Part shown: one piece after another, positions 18,805-30,358 of the stretch | Numbering within the stretch: the stretch's first letter is position 1 | Layout of the letters: every line of letters starts with the position of its first letter | Assembly: GCA_017962415.1 (NCBI GenBank) | Contig: JAGCVK010000009.1 | Coordinates: 4,811 to 68,810, forward strand | DNA length: 64,000 nt | Direction of reading: 5' to 3' | Origin: Treponema sp. | GTDB lineage: Bacteria > Spirochaetota > Spirochaetia > Treponematales > Treponemataceae | Notes under the pieces: generated by a model | Database searches by the model: none | What the model saw: only the letters and a program-made list of their open reading frames with translations | Told to the model about the DNA's origin: nothing | Position numbers and translations under genes: made by a program

Positions 18805-19266
18805 ATGGCTGACAGAAAGATTATTGCAGAAAATAGAAAGGCTAGATTTGATTATTTTATTGAAGATACTTATGAATGTGGAATCGTACTTCAGGGCACA
18901 GAAGTCAAATCTGTAAAAAACGGAAACATCTCATTTCCTGACGCCTTTGCAGAAATTACAAACGGCGAGGTATGGGTAAAGAACCTTCATATTTCTGAAT
19001 ATTCTTTTTCTTCGATTTTCAATCACAATCCTGACAGGCCTAAAAAACTTCTTCTTCATGCAGAAGAAATTAAAAGGCTTATCAGGCGTGTAGATGAAAA
19101 AGGCTGCACTTTAATTCCATTGGATTTTTATCTTAAAGACGGGCGCGTAAAAGTAACACTTGGTGTTTGTAAAGGAAAGAAAATGTACGACAAACGCGCT
19201 TCTATAAAAGACCGCGATGTACAACGCGAAATTCAGCGCGAATTTGCAGGCAAGCTGAGAGGTTGA
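18805..19266 (+). CDS. smpB: SsrA-binding protein SmpB
   Basis: NRKARFDY, GTEVKS and KGKKMYDKR. Confidence 0.98.
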   Translation: MADRKIIAENRKARFDYFIEDTYECGIVLQGTEVKSVKNGNISFPDAFAEITNGEVWVKNLHISEYSFSSIFNHNPDRPKKLLLHAEEIKRLIRRVDEKGCTLIPLDFYLKDGRVKVTLGVCKGKKMYDKRASIKDRDVQREIQREFAGKLRG

Positions 19267-19267
19267 T

Positions 19268-20143
19268 TTGACGGATAAAACAGATTTTCTGAAAAAATCA
19301 GCATTTATATCCATCATTCTCGCTTTATTTTCCTTCAATCTGAACGCACAAAGTTACAGCATTGATTATTATGGCATTGTATCAACTGAAATTGATGCTA
19401 ATATGTCAAAAATGACAAGCGACCTTTATTACACTCAACTTTCTGAAATAACTGATTTTTCGGTTTCTGACAAAAGAACAAGCCCTTGCCTTTCAGAACG
19501 CCCGGACAGTTCAGCTTTTGCAAATTCCCGTCTTTCATTTTTTACACTTATCACAAAAGATTCAAAATCAGATACCTGGACAACAACTTATTTTGTAATC
19601 AATAAATCAAAAAATGAAGAACATTCAAAAGAAAAAATTTATGATTCTTTTTATAAGATTTTAATGGAACCTAAAGATGTTCTAAAAGATACAATAAAAC
19701 AGCTTATTGAAAATGATACTTCGGCAACTGTAATTACAACTTCGATTCACGATAAACCTGTTCATTCAGCAACAGCAATTACTTCTACAGAAGAACTTTC
19801 TGGAACCTGGAGCGGCGAAGAAAACATCAACAAAATTGTAATAATGCGAGGCGGACGCGGTTTTGTAATTTTCAAAAACGGCGCTTCTATGAATATAAAC
19901 GTGGAACTTTCATCAAAAACAAAAGAAGTTGTTATAACTCAAAAAGGAAACGCAAACGCGTCGTTCTATCCGGAATTACGAAGACAAGTAGCCTTAACGG
20001 CCGCAGTTTCGGCTAGCCCAATAAAATGGACGCTCGTTTTATCAGATTCAAATACGTTAAAAGGAAAAAAAGAAACTTTGCTTCCCGACGGAGACAGTTA
20101 CAAATCAGGAAGCATAAACGTTACCTGGACAAGAATCAACTAA
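19268..20143 (+). CDS. Exported hypothetical protein (treponemal TP0183-like, by recall)
   Basis: Signal peptide and KIVIMRGGRGFVIFKNG; downstream of smpB. Confidence 0.7.
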   Translation: MTDKTDFLKKSAFISIILALFSFNLNAQSYSIDYYGIVSTEIDANMSKMTSDLYYTQLSEITDFSVSDKRTSPCLSERPDSSAFANSRLSFFTLITKDSKSDTWTTTYFVINKSKNEEHSKEKIYDSFYKILMEPKDVLKDTIKQLIENDTSATVITTSIHDKPVHSATAITSTEELSGTWSGEENINKIVIMRGGRGFVIFKNGASMNINVELSSKTKEVVITQKGNANASFYPELRRQVALTAAVSASPIKWTLVLSDSNTLKGKKETLLPDGDSYKSGSINVTWTRIN

Positions 20144-20216
20144 ATCAAAAAAACTGCATTGCGCAAAAACAAAACACACGATTCGCGTTTGCTCACGCGC
20201 ATTTTTATCAAAAAAT

Positions 20217-20714
20217 CTAAATCTGCGGAAGCTCGTAAACTGGAATTCCTGTTACAATTGGCTTTTTGTTTTTTCCAAACGAAACTTCACCGCGGCTTAA
20301 ATCATACAATAAAAACGCAAACGCCATCATAATTGCAAAACAAAGTCCGGTAATTTTACAAACACTTTCAGGCAAAAAATCCGGATCTTCGTGGCGCAAA
20401 ACCGTTCCGGTATCATAAAGAGTTGTTTGAGCTGGGCGAAGCCCGGTGATTTTTACAAGTTTTTCTCCGTCGCTAACATAATCAAGTTTATGAGCATAAG
20501 AAGCAATTACAGCGCGGTCATTTTGTAAAGCTGCAAGTTCAAGAGAAAGTTCACTATTAATATTTTGAATTTCAGAAGTTTGTCTGCTGATTACACGTTT
20601 TTGCTCTTCAAGTTTGTTAAAACAATGAAGACTGTTCTGCCCAAAACTAATTGAAAGCAAAACGTAAACAAAGGTTCCGAAAAAAATTGCCGCCAGATAC
20701 TTAGCACGATACAT
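20217..20714 (-). CDS. Septum formation initiator (FtsB/DivIC family)
   Basis: TM helix followed by FGQNS, a coiled coil and YAHKLDYVSDGE. Confidence 0.8.
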   Translation of the reverse strand: MYRAKYLAAIFFGTFVYVLLSISFGQNSLHCFNKLEEQKRVISRQTSEIQNINSELSLELAALQNDRAVIASYAHKLDYVSDGEKLVKITGLRPAQTTLYDTGTVLRHEDPDFLPESVCKITGLCFAIMMAFAFLLYDLSRGEVSFGKNKKPIVTGIPVYELPQI

Positions 20715-20820
20715 AGATAATTAATATATCGGTAATTATTTCTGTTTTCTGAAATGAAAAGCTATGTTATAATTTAAAAAAAATAATATAGTAATAACTC
20801 TATTTTTTTTCGCGGCTCCT

Positions 20821-20828
20821 GCCGATAA
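20821..20828 (+). promoter_or_regulatory. Sigma-28 -10 box GCCGATAA upstream of the acidic-protein/Maf operon
   Basis: Exact consensus -10, 35 nt before the ATG at 20863. A -35 TAAA is not evident. Confidence 0.5.
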
Positions 20829-20862
20829 AGAAGTATATTACTATCCGAATGAGAGGAATTAT

Positions 20863-23541
20863 ATGAGTAAATCTGATGACAATACAAATGAACTAGAAAG
20901 TTACGGTGTCTGGGTTAAAAATTCCACAGGGAATGACAGCGTTTCTGAGCCCCAAGCAGAAACATCGGATGAACTGAATCTTGATACAGGAAGTTTGGAT
21001 TTACCAGATTTTGATGATTCCGAATTTTCAGATATATTTAACGAAAGTTCCGAAAGCGATAATCAAATTAACCTTGATGATTTTGGAAGTGAAGACGATA
21101 CTACGCTAAGCGATGATGAATTAGCAAATATTACAGACAGCGTTTCTGTTGAACAGGTTGAAGCGCCACAAGATAATCAAGACAATATAGATTTTTCTGA
21201 TATTACAGGCGAAACTCAAGAAGAAACAACGGAAGATTCTATTGATTTTTCTGATTTTACTGCAGAAAGCAGCGAAATTTCAGAAGATTCAACTGATTTT
21301 TCAGATTTTACTGCAACCGACGAAGATTCTCAAACTTCACAAGAAGAAGCAATTGATTTTTCTTCTGACGATTCAGAAACTCAGGATATTGATTTTTCAG
21401 AAATTTCTGCAGATTCAACTACTTCAGAAGAATCTTTAGACCTTTCTGATTTTGGCGCAGAATTTACAGACGAACAAAGCGCAGCGCTCGAAAATAACGA
21501 CCAGGAATCAGACAATTCAGAAGAAGTTTCTTTCAGCGACAGCGAAGAAATCTCTCTCGACGATTTTATGGACGGCGGCTTTTCTGATGAATCAGTTGCA
21601 GCTGGAAACAACGGTTACGAACCTGGTGCCGAACCTAAAATTTCATCAGAAACCGAAGAACTTTCGCTCGACGATTTTATGGACGGCGAATCTTTTGAGT
21701 CCGAAGCAGAATCTTCAAAAGAAGAAGAAACAATAGAAGACGAAGCGCCTCTCGATATGGACATTAGTTTTGATGATTCTGTAGAAAGCGTTGAAACAGA
21801 AGACAATCTTTCTCTCCAGAATTCCGATGATGATGACGAAGACGAGCTTGATTTTGTTACAGACGATTCTGAAATTGCAGAAGAAAATGTAAATCAGGAG
21901 CCTGTTCAAGATGTTAATATAGATGATTTTGATTCAACTTTTGCAGCAATTGATTCTTCTGAACCGGTTAGCTCTGGCGATTCAAATCTAAACACAGAAG
22001 ATATTGACCTTTCTGACTTTGGAATTGACGCAAATGCCGAAGAAACTCCAATTGTTCAAGACGTTGAAGAAGCTAAAAATAAAGAAAAAGCTGTTGATTA
22101 TGACCTTTCTGTTGGCGATGAAAACACTTCGGCCGCTCCGGTTGTAAACGAAATCAAATCTGATTCAACAGAACAAAGCGCAAACACAACTTCAGTTGAT
22201 AATTCTTTGCTTCAGCAGATTGTTTCTGAGCTTTCAAATCTCAAAAACGAAATGAATATGCTCAAATCTAATCTTGCAGAAATCAAAACTCACGATAATT
22301 CTGCTGGAGCGGCAATTGCTGCCGGAGCCGCTGGCCTTGCTGTGGGAGCTGCCGCTGCGGCTGTTGCAAGCGACAGCGAAGATAAAGGCGGATTTTTTAG
22401 CGAGGAAGATGAAGACGAAACAATCGCACTTTCGGGCGATGAACTTGACAATATAATGAATACCGCAGATTTTTCTGAATAAAATTCACAGGAAGCTTCC
22501 GAAGAAGATATTATCGTTGAAGATTCAGAAGAGCCTGTAATTGAAGAAACTGCAATTAATGAGCCAATTTTGGACGATTCTTCTGAATCGCAGGAAATTG
22601 ATACAGAAACAGCGCCTTCTTTTGAAGAAATTATCGAAGACGCTCCAGTTCAGGAATCTGATACAATAATTGATGAATCTGTTATTGCGCCTGAAGAAGC
22701 AACTATTGAAGAATCTCAATCAATTGAAAACGATATTGAAAATGCTGTTTCAACTGAGCAGGATACTTCGCTAGACGACATCAGCTTTGACGACGAAAAA
22801 TCAAGCGAAGATCTTTCTTTTGATTTTTCTGATGAAAAACTTGAAGAGCCTGAAATTGACAATTTCATTCCAGACGGAAATGACGAACTTTACGAAAATG
22901 AAGATTTGCCAGACGAAATCTCAATTCCAAAAGAAGAGGATTTGCTTGTAGAATCTAATTCTTCTGATTTTATGGATTCTGTAAAAGAAACTACAGACGA
23001 AGAAACTTCTGCTCCAGAAATTGAGCAATCTTCTGATTCAGATATTCCAACTGTAGACAAACTTCTTTCCCCAGAAGACGAAGAAGCCTCTTTTGATTCA
23101 GATGATGCGCCTTTCTGCACAGTTGATAATCTTATTAGTGCTTCAGAAAGTGAAGCTGAACAGCCTTTGCAAAACGAAACTTCAAACGAAATTATAGAAG
23201 AAACAGAAGTTCCTTCTGTAGATGCGATTATTGCTGATTCACAAGAAGACGAGCCTGTAATAGAAGAAACTTCGGTTAATATCGAAGAAAACAGCGAATC
23301 TTTTGATGAAGTTGATAATCTTGACAACAATCTTTCAGAAAGCAATCTTGCTTATTTGGATAAAAACGACACAACCGAAGAATCTATGGCAAACACAGAC
23401 TTAAAACAAGACATTAAATCGGTGCTGCTCTATATGGATCAGCTTCTCGAAAATCTTCCGGAAGAAAAAATTGTTGAATTTGCAAAATCAGAAGAGTTTG
23501 TAACTTACAAAAAACTGTTCAATGAATTAGGATTGTCTTAA
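20863..23541 (+). pseudogene. Very acidic ~892-codon protein interrupted by one in-frame TAA (22480-22482)
   Basis: ORFs 20863..22482 and 22570..23541 share a frame. The sequence between them reads open (NSQEASEEDIIVEDSEEPVIEETAINEPIL) with the same composition. Confidence 0.8.
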
Positions 23542-23542
23542 T

Positions 23543-24337
23543 ATGGGACTTTTATCGCGCGCCAGAGTTTTGGATAACAATCCAGGCCTGGCATTTTCTG
23601 ATTTTGTTTTAAAAAATTCATTAAAAACTTGTGCCGTTCTCGAATTAAAAGATAATAATTATTTTATCGCACAAAGTATTGGCTTTGACGCTTTTACAAT
23701 TTCTTCTTCCATTTCAACCAGCGATTTTTGGAATGGAGTTTGCGCGGAAAATAAAAAGATTTATTATTTTGATGAGCAAAACGCAATTTTTCCTTTTCTT
23801 CAGCTTTTTTCTGAAGCATTTAAAGAAGATTTAAGCGAACTTTCTGTTTATAAAAACTCTAAAAATCAGATTTTTATTTGTAAAGGAAAATTAAGTGAAC
23901 AGGCGGCCGCCGATTTTGAAAATCTAAATGATAAAACTCACCAGATTGATTTTGAAAAACTGAATCAAAATATTAAAAGCGGCTCTTTTGTTTTAAAATT
24001 TGAAATTGATTTTTGCGAAGCGGTTGAAAGTTTTTTGGAAACTGAAATTGCAGGCCAAAGACAATTTTTTCCGGAAATTAAGAACGCAATTTTTATGGAA
24101 CTTTACAACAAATTTGCCTGCAATTTTAATTTTGTTGACGCAACTAAATATGTTTTGAACGGAAAAATCAAAACTATTCTTATTGCAGACAAAAATTATT
24201 CTGTTGAACTAATTACAAATCATTTTATCTTAAATTTGCGCGAAGTTCTTGCAAACTTTGCCGAACTTATAAACTTTGAGTTTTTGGGAACTTCAGAATC
24301 AGGCGCAGAAACTCAAGATTTTCTAAAGGCGGACTAA
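23543..24337 (+). CDS. Hypothetical protein
   Basis: 264-aa ORF tightly coupled to its neighbours; begins MGLLSRA. Confidence 0.75.
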   Translation: MGLLSRARVLDNNPGLAFSDFVLKNSLKTCAVLELKDNNYFIAQSIGFDAFTISSSISTSDFWNGVCAENKKIYYFDEQNAIFPFLQLFSEAFKEDLSELSVYKNSKNQIFICKGKLSEQAAADFENLNDKTHQIDFEKLNQNIKSGSFVLKFEIDFCEAVESFLETEIAGQRQFFPEIKNAIFMELYNKFACNFNFVDATKYVLNGKIKTILIADKNYSVELITNHFILNLREVLANFAELINFEFLGTSESGAETQDFLKAD

Positions 24338-24339
24338 AC

Positions 24340-25830
24340 TTGCAAATCACCATTCAAAAGGCAAAAAATGGAGAAGAAACAGCTGTTGTAAACGGCCATT
24401 TTCTTCACTCAAGTTACGCGCCGCAAAAAGAAGCCCAGCGTTTTGCAGAAACTCTTGAATTAACTTATGAGCCTTGCTGCATTATAATTACTGAGCCTGC
24501 CCTATCCTATTGCGCCGGCTTTTTACGAAAAAGGTTTCCAAATATCAAAATTGGCGCAATCAGATATTGTAAAGATTTTTTTCAATACAACAGCCATTTT
24601 GATTTTGTTTTGAATTTTTTTGAACATTCGGATTTTGAAAATTATCTTGAATCCTGCTTAAACGAAGAAGAACTTTTAAAAACTTATTTTATCAGCTGGA
24701 AACCTTCGAGCGCAGTTTTTGGTGAAATTGACAAACTGGTTTGGGATTCAATAAAAAAAAGTTTGGAAAGAGCAAAAACACTTTTGATTACAAGGCAATA
24801 TTTTGAAAAAAAATGGTTTTTGAACAGTTGTAATCTTGTAAGCAAAATCAAAAATGTTCAAACCTTTAATTATCCGGTTAATTTTGATGTTTTGATTATT
24901 GCTTCGGGCCCAAGCCTAAAAAGCAAAATCAATTTTATAAAAGAAAATCAAAATAAGTTTTTTATAATTTGTCTTTCTTCAGCAATTAGCGTTTGTTATG
25001 CAAATCAAATTATTCCGGATTTATGTATTTCTACAGACGGCGGATTTTGGGCTGGCGAACATTTAAAAAAACTTGAAAAAACAAATGTTGTAACAGCCCT
25101 TGCCTGCGAATCTTTTTGCAAAACTTCACTTTTACAAAAATTACAAATTTTACCGCTAACTTATAACGAAGGAATTTCAAGCGAAATTTTTAAAGCGGCT
25201 GACTTAAAATCAACAAAAATCGAAAGAAACGGAACTGTAAGCGGAACGGCTTTAATGTTTGCAATTCAATATTTTACAAAAAATATTTATTTTTGCGGGC
25301 TTGATTTAGCATGTGCAAAAGGCTTTCAGCACACTCAGCCAAACGAACTGGAACAAAACGCAGCCATAAAAGATAACCGGATTTTTTCTAAAGAAAAAAG
25401 AATTGCCGCTTCTGGTTTGAATTCACAAAGCCTTGAAATTTACAAAAACTGGTTTTGTAATAACGAAGTAAAAATGCAAGGCAGAAAAGTTTTTAGAATT
25501 ATCGAAGAAAATGAACGCAAAAACAATTTAATTTGGATTCAAGATATAAATCAAAATGAGCTTAAAAAGCTTTGCGAAAAAAATCAAAAAATTGGCGCAA
25601 GCGAAAAAGCAAAACTTTTTAGCAAAATTGATTATTGTATAAACCGCAAAAAAATTCTTGAACTTTTGAATGATAATTGTGTCGCTGAAAACTGGAAAAA
25701 ACTTCTTTTTCCGATGGACTATTTTTTACTTTCGCATAATCCCCAAAATATTGAAACTAAACAAAAAATCGATTTAGAATGGGAAAAACTCAAAAAAAAG
25801 GCGCAAGAGGTTTTTGATGAAGATTTATAA
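24340..25830 (+). CDS. Maf (motility-associated factor, DUF115/MptE-like) family protein
   Basis: LHSSYAPQKEA, IIASGPSL, GTVSG and FCGLDL. Confidence 0.85.
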   Translation: MQITIQKAKNGEETAVVNGHFLHSSYAPQKEAQRFAETLELTYEPCCIIITEPALSYCAGFLRKRFPNIKIGAIRYCKDFFQYNSHFDFVLNFFEHSDFENYLESCLNEEELLKTYFISWKPSSAVFGEIDKLVWDSIKKSLERAKTLLITRQYFEKKWFLNSCNLVSKIKNVQTFNYPVNFDVLIIASGPSLKSKINFIKENQNKFFIICLSSAISVCYANQIIPDLCISTDGGFWAGEHLKKLEKTNVVTALACESFCKTSLLQKLQILPLTYNEGISSEIFKAADLKSTKIERNGTVSGTALMFAIQYFTKNIYFCGLDLACAKGFQHTQPNELEQNAAIKDNRIFSKEKRIAASGLNSQSLEIYKNWFCNNEVKMQGRKVFRIIEENERKNNLIWIQDINQNELKKLCEKNQKIGASEKAKLFSKIDYCINRKKILELLNDNCVAENWKKLLFPMDYFLLSHNPQNIETKQKIDLEWEKLKKKAQEVFDEDL

Positions 25831-27313
25831 AGAATTTATTCAGACAAAAAACGAAACACAAATTCCAGTTTTCCAAAGCGGAAGAACAATGGAATCGCGC
25901 TACAATCCACAAAATGAAGCGCAAAAACTTTGCGACGCAACTGTTTCAAACGCGGGCTTTTTTTTGGTAACCGGAATTGGAAGCGGCATTTTTTTGGAAA
26001 TGCTTTCAAACAAATTCAAAAATGCAAAAATTGTGGCTCTTGAACTTTACAAAGAAGATATTGATTTTTTAAGAACGCAGGAAAAAGTCAGGCTTTTGGA
26101 AAAAAACGAAAATATTGTTTTTTGCACTCTTTTGGAACTTGAGCAAACGCTTGTAAATCATTATATTCCGGCAAAATACGGCGATTTTCAGGTGATTGAG
26201 CAGCGCGCCTGGATAAACGAAAATAAAGAAAATTTGGGCGAACTCCAAAGTATTATTCAAAAAACGCTTGGAATTATTTCGGCGGATTATTCGGTGCAGG
26301 CGCATTTTGGAAAAATCTGGAATCATAATATTTTGAATAACGCTCGCCTTTCGCAATTTTCAAAAAGCGCAAAAAATTTTTGTATTTCTAAAAATGACCT
26401 TGAAAAAACTGCGGTTATTGTTGCAGCCGGCCCTTCGCTCGATAAAACGCTTTGTTTACTTAAAAAGCCCGGCGATTTTTTTGTGATTGCAACCGATACT
26501 GCAAATTCTGTGCTTGAAAAATCTGGAATTTTTGCGGATTTAGTTATTTCAATTGATGGACAAGCCGTTTCTTATAATCATTTTATAAAACCATTAAAAG
26601 CAAATACAACTGCAAAAAATTTTGCCTTTGATTTTTGCGCAAATCACAGCGCAGCAAATAAAACCGCCCAATTTTCAAGCCCGATTTTTTTCTGTTCAGG
26701 GCACCCGCTGTCTTCATTAATTAACCAAAGAAACAATCAAAACTTTCCTTTTGTTTTTTCCGGCTCGGGAACTGTTACAATTTCTGCAATTGATTTTGCA
26801 GTTCAAGCAGGCTTTTCAAAAATCAAAATTCTTGGCGCTGATTTTTCTTACAAAAATGGAAAACCGTACGCAAAAGGAACTTATTTAGACTCACTTTATA
26901 ATATAGAAGCAAACAGACTAAAAACAAGCGAAACGCTTTTTTCAAAACTGATGTTTAGAACGCCTTTAATTAAAATGCAAGAAAATTCCTACACAACGCA
27001 GATTCTCGAAGCTTACAAAACTTCTTTAGAAAAATATCTTATTGGAAAAAAAATCAGCTTTGTCAAAAAAGATGATTTTTATGAACTTGAAATCAAAAGC
27101 AAATCTAATAATCAGAATTTTTGTAAAAAAGAAATTTCGGCCAATTTTTTTGCTTCTTTTATGAGTGATTTTTCAAAAGAAAATCCAAAAGATGTTGAAT
27201 TTCCGCTTCTTCCTTTTATTGCCTGGCTTCGCAAAAATCAAAATCACAAAAATGATTCTTACGAAGATTTACTAAAACTTGCTTTCAATAATATTGTAAG
27301 TTATAATGAATAA
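25817..27313 (+). CDS. Second Maf/DUF115-family protein
   Basis: MESRYNPQNEA, IVAAGPSLD, IATD, GTVT and ILGADFSY. Confidence 0.85.
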   Translation: MKIYKEFIQTKNETQIPVFQSGRTMESRYNPQNEAQKLCDATVSNAGFFLVTGIGSGIFLEMLSNKFKNAKIVALELYKEDIDFLRTQEKVRLLEKNENIVFCTLLELEQTLVNHYIPAKYGDFQVIEQRAWINENKENLGELQSIIQKTLGIISADYSVQAHFGKIWNHNILNNARLSQFSKSAKNFCISKNDLEKTAVIVAAGPSLDKTLCLLKKPGDFFVIATDTANSVLEKSGIFADLVISIDGQAVSYNHFIKPLKANTTAKNFAFDFCANHSAANKTAQFSSPIFFCSGHPLSSLINQRNNQNFPFVFSGSGTVTISAIDFAVQAGFSKIKILGADFSYKNGKPYAKGTYLDSLYNIEANRLKTSETLFSKLMFRTPLIKMQENSYTTQILEAYKTSLEKYLIGKKISFVKKDDFYELEIKSKSNNQNFCKKEISANFFASFMSDFSKENPKDVEFPLLPFIAWLRKNQNHKNDSYEDLLKLAFNNIVSYNE

Positions 27314-28658
27314 TATGAAAAACCGATTTATAACAGTTTATTCAATAATTGCAACTTTTGTTTTAATTTTTTCGCTTAGTTTTTTCGGCTATAATCTTTA
27401 CAACGAATATTCCATTAATTCTATAAAATCGCAAACAAAATACGAAACGCTTTTAAACGACTTACGAACAATCAGCTACAATAATATGCAAAATGATTCT
27501 GAATATTCTAAATCGATTCAAAATGCAATTGGCGACACAAACGATTATGCTTTTATTCAGATTAAACGCAATAACGAAACGGTTGCTTATTTTCCGGCCG
27601 ATAAATTGCGCGAGGAAACGGATTCTCTTTTTACTAAGTTTCACAAGGACGAACTGAATGTTAATAAGCAAACTGTTTCGATTGTCTGCACGCTTTATTT
27701 GATTCATCCGGATTCGATTTATTATTATGCAAAGATTTCATTTTTAATGGTTTTGATAATCACGGTAATTACAATTATTATGATTGTTTATCTGAAAATT
27801 TCGGAAGATGATTCTGATGTTATTTCTTATAGCGAAGATTTTGAAGAAGAAGCTGAAATAGAAAATAACACAGAACAAGAATTTAAAACGCCAAGCGAAG
27901 CTGAAGTTGAAAGTGACGTTGAGCCAAATTATGAGCCGGAAATTGATTCTGAAAATGAAGCGCAAATCAAAGAAGCTGAAGAAGAATTTTCTGCTCAAAT
28001 TGAAGCCGAAAATCAAACTAAAGAAATTGAGAAACCTTCTGCAGAAGTTACTCCCGAAGAAGTTCAGGCAATTTTTGCTGAGCCGCTTACTGATGAACAG
28101 CAGGCAAAACTTCCGATTGAAGATTCATTTCCGCAGAATTATAATGAAAACCAAAACGCAGATTCTGAACCAACCGGACTTTTTGATCCGCAAACTGGAA
28201 TTGGCTGGGAATCTTATCTTCATACGCGCCTTGATAATGAAATTGACCGCGCAACCGCTTCGGAAATTGACCTTTCGCTTTTTGTAATTAAACTTGCTGA
28301 AATCACAACTGCAAGCGAAGAATACAAAAATGTTTGCAATTATCTGGCAATTCAGTTTCAATTTAAAGATTTGCTTTTTGAACGAAATCAAGACAGCATA
28401 GTTGCTCTTAAAATCAGCATGAATATTGATGAAGCCTTAAATCTTGCTGATAAACTTTACAGCGATATATGCAATATTATTAATTCACAAAATTGCCGAA
28501 TCGGAATATCTTCGCGCTCAATCAGAATGGTTACCGGCGACAGACTTTTGCTTGAATCTGAACAGGCACTTGTGCACACTGATTCAAGTTCGCCAATTAT
28601 TGCGTTCCGCGTAGATTCAGAAAAATACCGTCAACTTATGGAGCAAAATCAGGCTTAA
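27306..28658 (+). CDS. Membrane protein with degenerate GGDEF-like domain
   Basis: Two TM helices, an acidic linker and DPQTGIG...RLDNEIDRA...LSLFVI. No GG[D/E]EF motif is present. Confidence 0.7.
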   Translation: MNNMKNRFITVYSIIATFVLIFSLSFFGYNLYNEYSINSIKSQTKYETLLNDLRTISYNNMQNDSEYSKSIQNAIGDTNDYAFIQIKRNNETVAYFPADKLREETDSLFTKFHKDELNVNKQTVSIVCTLYLIHPDSIYYYAKISFLMVLIITVITIIMIVYLKISEDDSDVISYSEDFEEEAEIENNTEQEFKTPSEAEVESDVEPNYEPEIDSENEAQIKEAEEEFSAQIEAENQTKEIEKPSAEVTPEEVQAIFAEPLTDEQQAKLPIEDSFPQNYNENQNADSEPTGLFDPQTGIGWESYLHTRLDNEIDRATASEIDLSLFVIKLAEITTASEEYKNVCNYLAIQFQFKDLLFERNQDSIVALKISMNIDEALNLADKLYSDICNIINSQNCRIGISSRSIRMVTGDRLLLESEQALVHTDSSSPIIAFRVDSEKYRQLMEQNQA

Positions 28659-28671
28659 TTTATAAAGCCGT

Positions 28672-29331
28672 TTAGTCTTCCTTTTGAGAGTTTTCGTCAC
28701 TTTCTGATTCTGAAGCAGCTTCGCTTTCAGCAACTTTCATAAGTTCTTTATATTTATCTTCAAAAGTTTTTAGATTTTTGTTTTCAGGATATTCAGTTTT
28801 TAGAGTCTGATATGAATCAACAAATTTTTGGGCATATTTTTTTTCAAACTTTTTTTCATCGGCAGCAAGAACCGCAAGATAGTTTTCAAGATATTCATGA
28901 CTTTTTGGCTGAACCTGCAAAAGCTCTTCATAAATCAAAATGGAATTCTTAAAATCGCCTTGCATTGAATAAATATAAGCAACGCTTGCTTTTAGCGAAG
29001 CATTTGTGCTGTCGCGCTCAATCATTTTTTTGTAAAGCGGAAGTGCATGATCCCAATCTGAAGTAAAAACGTAGCACTTTGCAAGTTTGTATAACGAAGC
29101 CCAATATTGCTCGTCTTTATTCATCGCAAGTTCGTAATATTCTGCAGCTTTTTTATAATCTTCAAGCTTAAAATATGCTTCACCAAGATTATAATATTCA
29201 ACATAAATATTACGAAGTTTTACATTGCTCTGCCCTGGAACCGGAACAGAAAGCTTTGTTGTTTCGCACGAGAAAAAAAGCAATGTACAAGCGGCTAAAA
29301 GTTTAGCCAAGAACGACTTTTTCAATTTCAT
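28672..29331 (-). CDS. TPR-repeat lipoprotein
   Basis: [22 protein letters not shown] spirochaetal lipobox; TPR pattern [21 protein letters not shown]. Confidence 0.85.
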   Translation of the reverse strand: MKLKKSFLAKLLAACTLLFFSCETTKLSVPVPGQSNVKLRNIYVEYYNLGEAYFKLEDYKKAAEYYELAMNKDEQYWASLYKLAKCYVFTSDWDHALPLYKKMIERDSTNASLKASVAYIYSMQGDFKNSILIYEELLQVQPKSHEYLENYLAVLAADEKKFEKKYAQKFVDSYQTLKTEYPENKNLKTFEDKYKELMKVAESEAASESESDENSQKED

Positions 29332-30340
29332 AAAGCTGTGATTTATAAAGGCCTGAAATATTGTGACCATAATCTGCAATCAGCTGAATCATATTGCGCG
29401 GAGCGTCTTTTGTGTCGCAGCCGTTTAAACGGTCGCCGGCATCACCAAGACCTGGCATAATGTATGCTTTTTCGTTCATAACCGGGTCAAGCCACAAAGT
29501 GTAGCAAGTGCAGTTTTCGAGCGCACGAGTTACGCGAATTGAGCCTTTTAATGTAGAAATTGTATTAAAGAAAGCTATCGACTTTGGTCTAACGCCCTGA
29601 CTCTGAAGATATTTTACAACTGTTACAAGAGAACCGCCAGTTGCATTCATTGGATCTGCAAAAATCAAATCTTTTCCGTCGAGTTGTTCGAGGTTAAAGA
29701 AGGATTTATTGAGGTCCATAATGTATTCCATATCAGATTCGTTTTTTGTGTCGTTGCGGCTGATTTTAAAAAGTGCAAACGGAGTTTTATAGCCGTGACT
29801 TGAATATTCCTGGATTTCCTTAGACATAATCATACTTGGAAGAAGTGCTCCTCTAAGCATTACGCACATAACTGTATTTTCAATTTTGTGGTCAATGTCC
29901 GGAATTTTATGAACTGCGTAATTTTGAACCGGAAATGTTACCGGAGTTTTTACAACAATATGGCCTTTTTTATCTGAATGCTGATCTGTATAAGCCATAC
30001 GAAAAAGCATTTCATAAGCGCGCTGGCTGTAATACATAAATTCCTGATGATCAGTTCTTTCGTCGCGGAGTTTTGAAATAACGCGAGAACATTCAGCGTG
30101 AGCGCCTTCTTCTGTTACAAAAGAATAAACTTTGATGTTTGAATGCTTTGCGCAGATTTTCTGCATTTCATGGCCAAGTCTATCATAACCTTCGATGATT
30201 TTTGCTTCATCTTTTGGCTCAAAAGATTTCATTGTATCTTTAAACATTACTTCAAGATTTTTTAAATCAGCTAAATCTTCTGAAGTAAGATAGCCGTCTA
30301 AATCTTCTGCTTTAAGAATAATTTTATTATCGTCTGCCAT
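29303..30340 (-). CDS. upp: Uracil phosphoribosyltransferase (N-terminally extended)
   Basis: [14 protein letters not shown] loop and [12 protein letters not shown]. Confidence 0.9.
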   Translation of the reverse strand: MADDNKIILKAEDLDGYLTSEDLADLKNLEVMFKDTMKSFEPKDEAKIIEGYDRLGHEMQKICAKHSNIKVYSFVTEEGAHAECSRVISKLRDERTDHQEFMYYSQRAYEMLFRMAYTDQHSDKKGHIVVKTPVTFPVQNYAVHKIPDIDHKIENTVMCVMLRGALLPSMIMSKEIQEYSSHGYKTPFALFKISRNDTKNESDMEYIMDLNKSFFNLEQLDGKDLIFADPMNATGGSLVTVVKYLQSQGVRPKSIAFFNTISTLKGSIRVTRALENCTCYTLWLDPVMNEKAYIMPGLGDAGDRLNGCDTKDAPRNMIQLIADYGHNISGLYKSQLYEIEKVVLG

Positions 30341-30358
30341 TTTCAAAACTCCTTTTTA

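Noticed and set aside
20144-20216. Further REP copy between convergent genes
   Set aside because: It has only a 4-bp CGCG/CGCG stem with weak similarity to the family, which is insufficient support.
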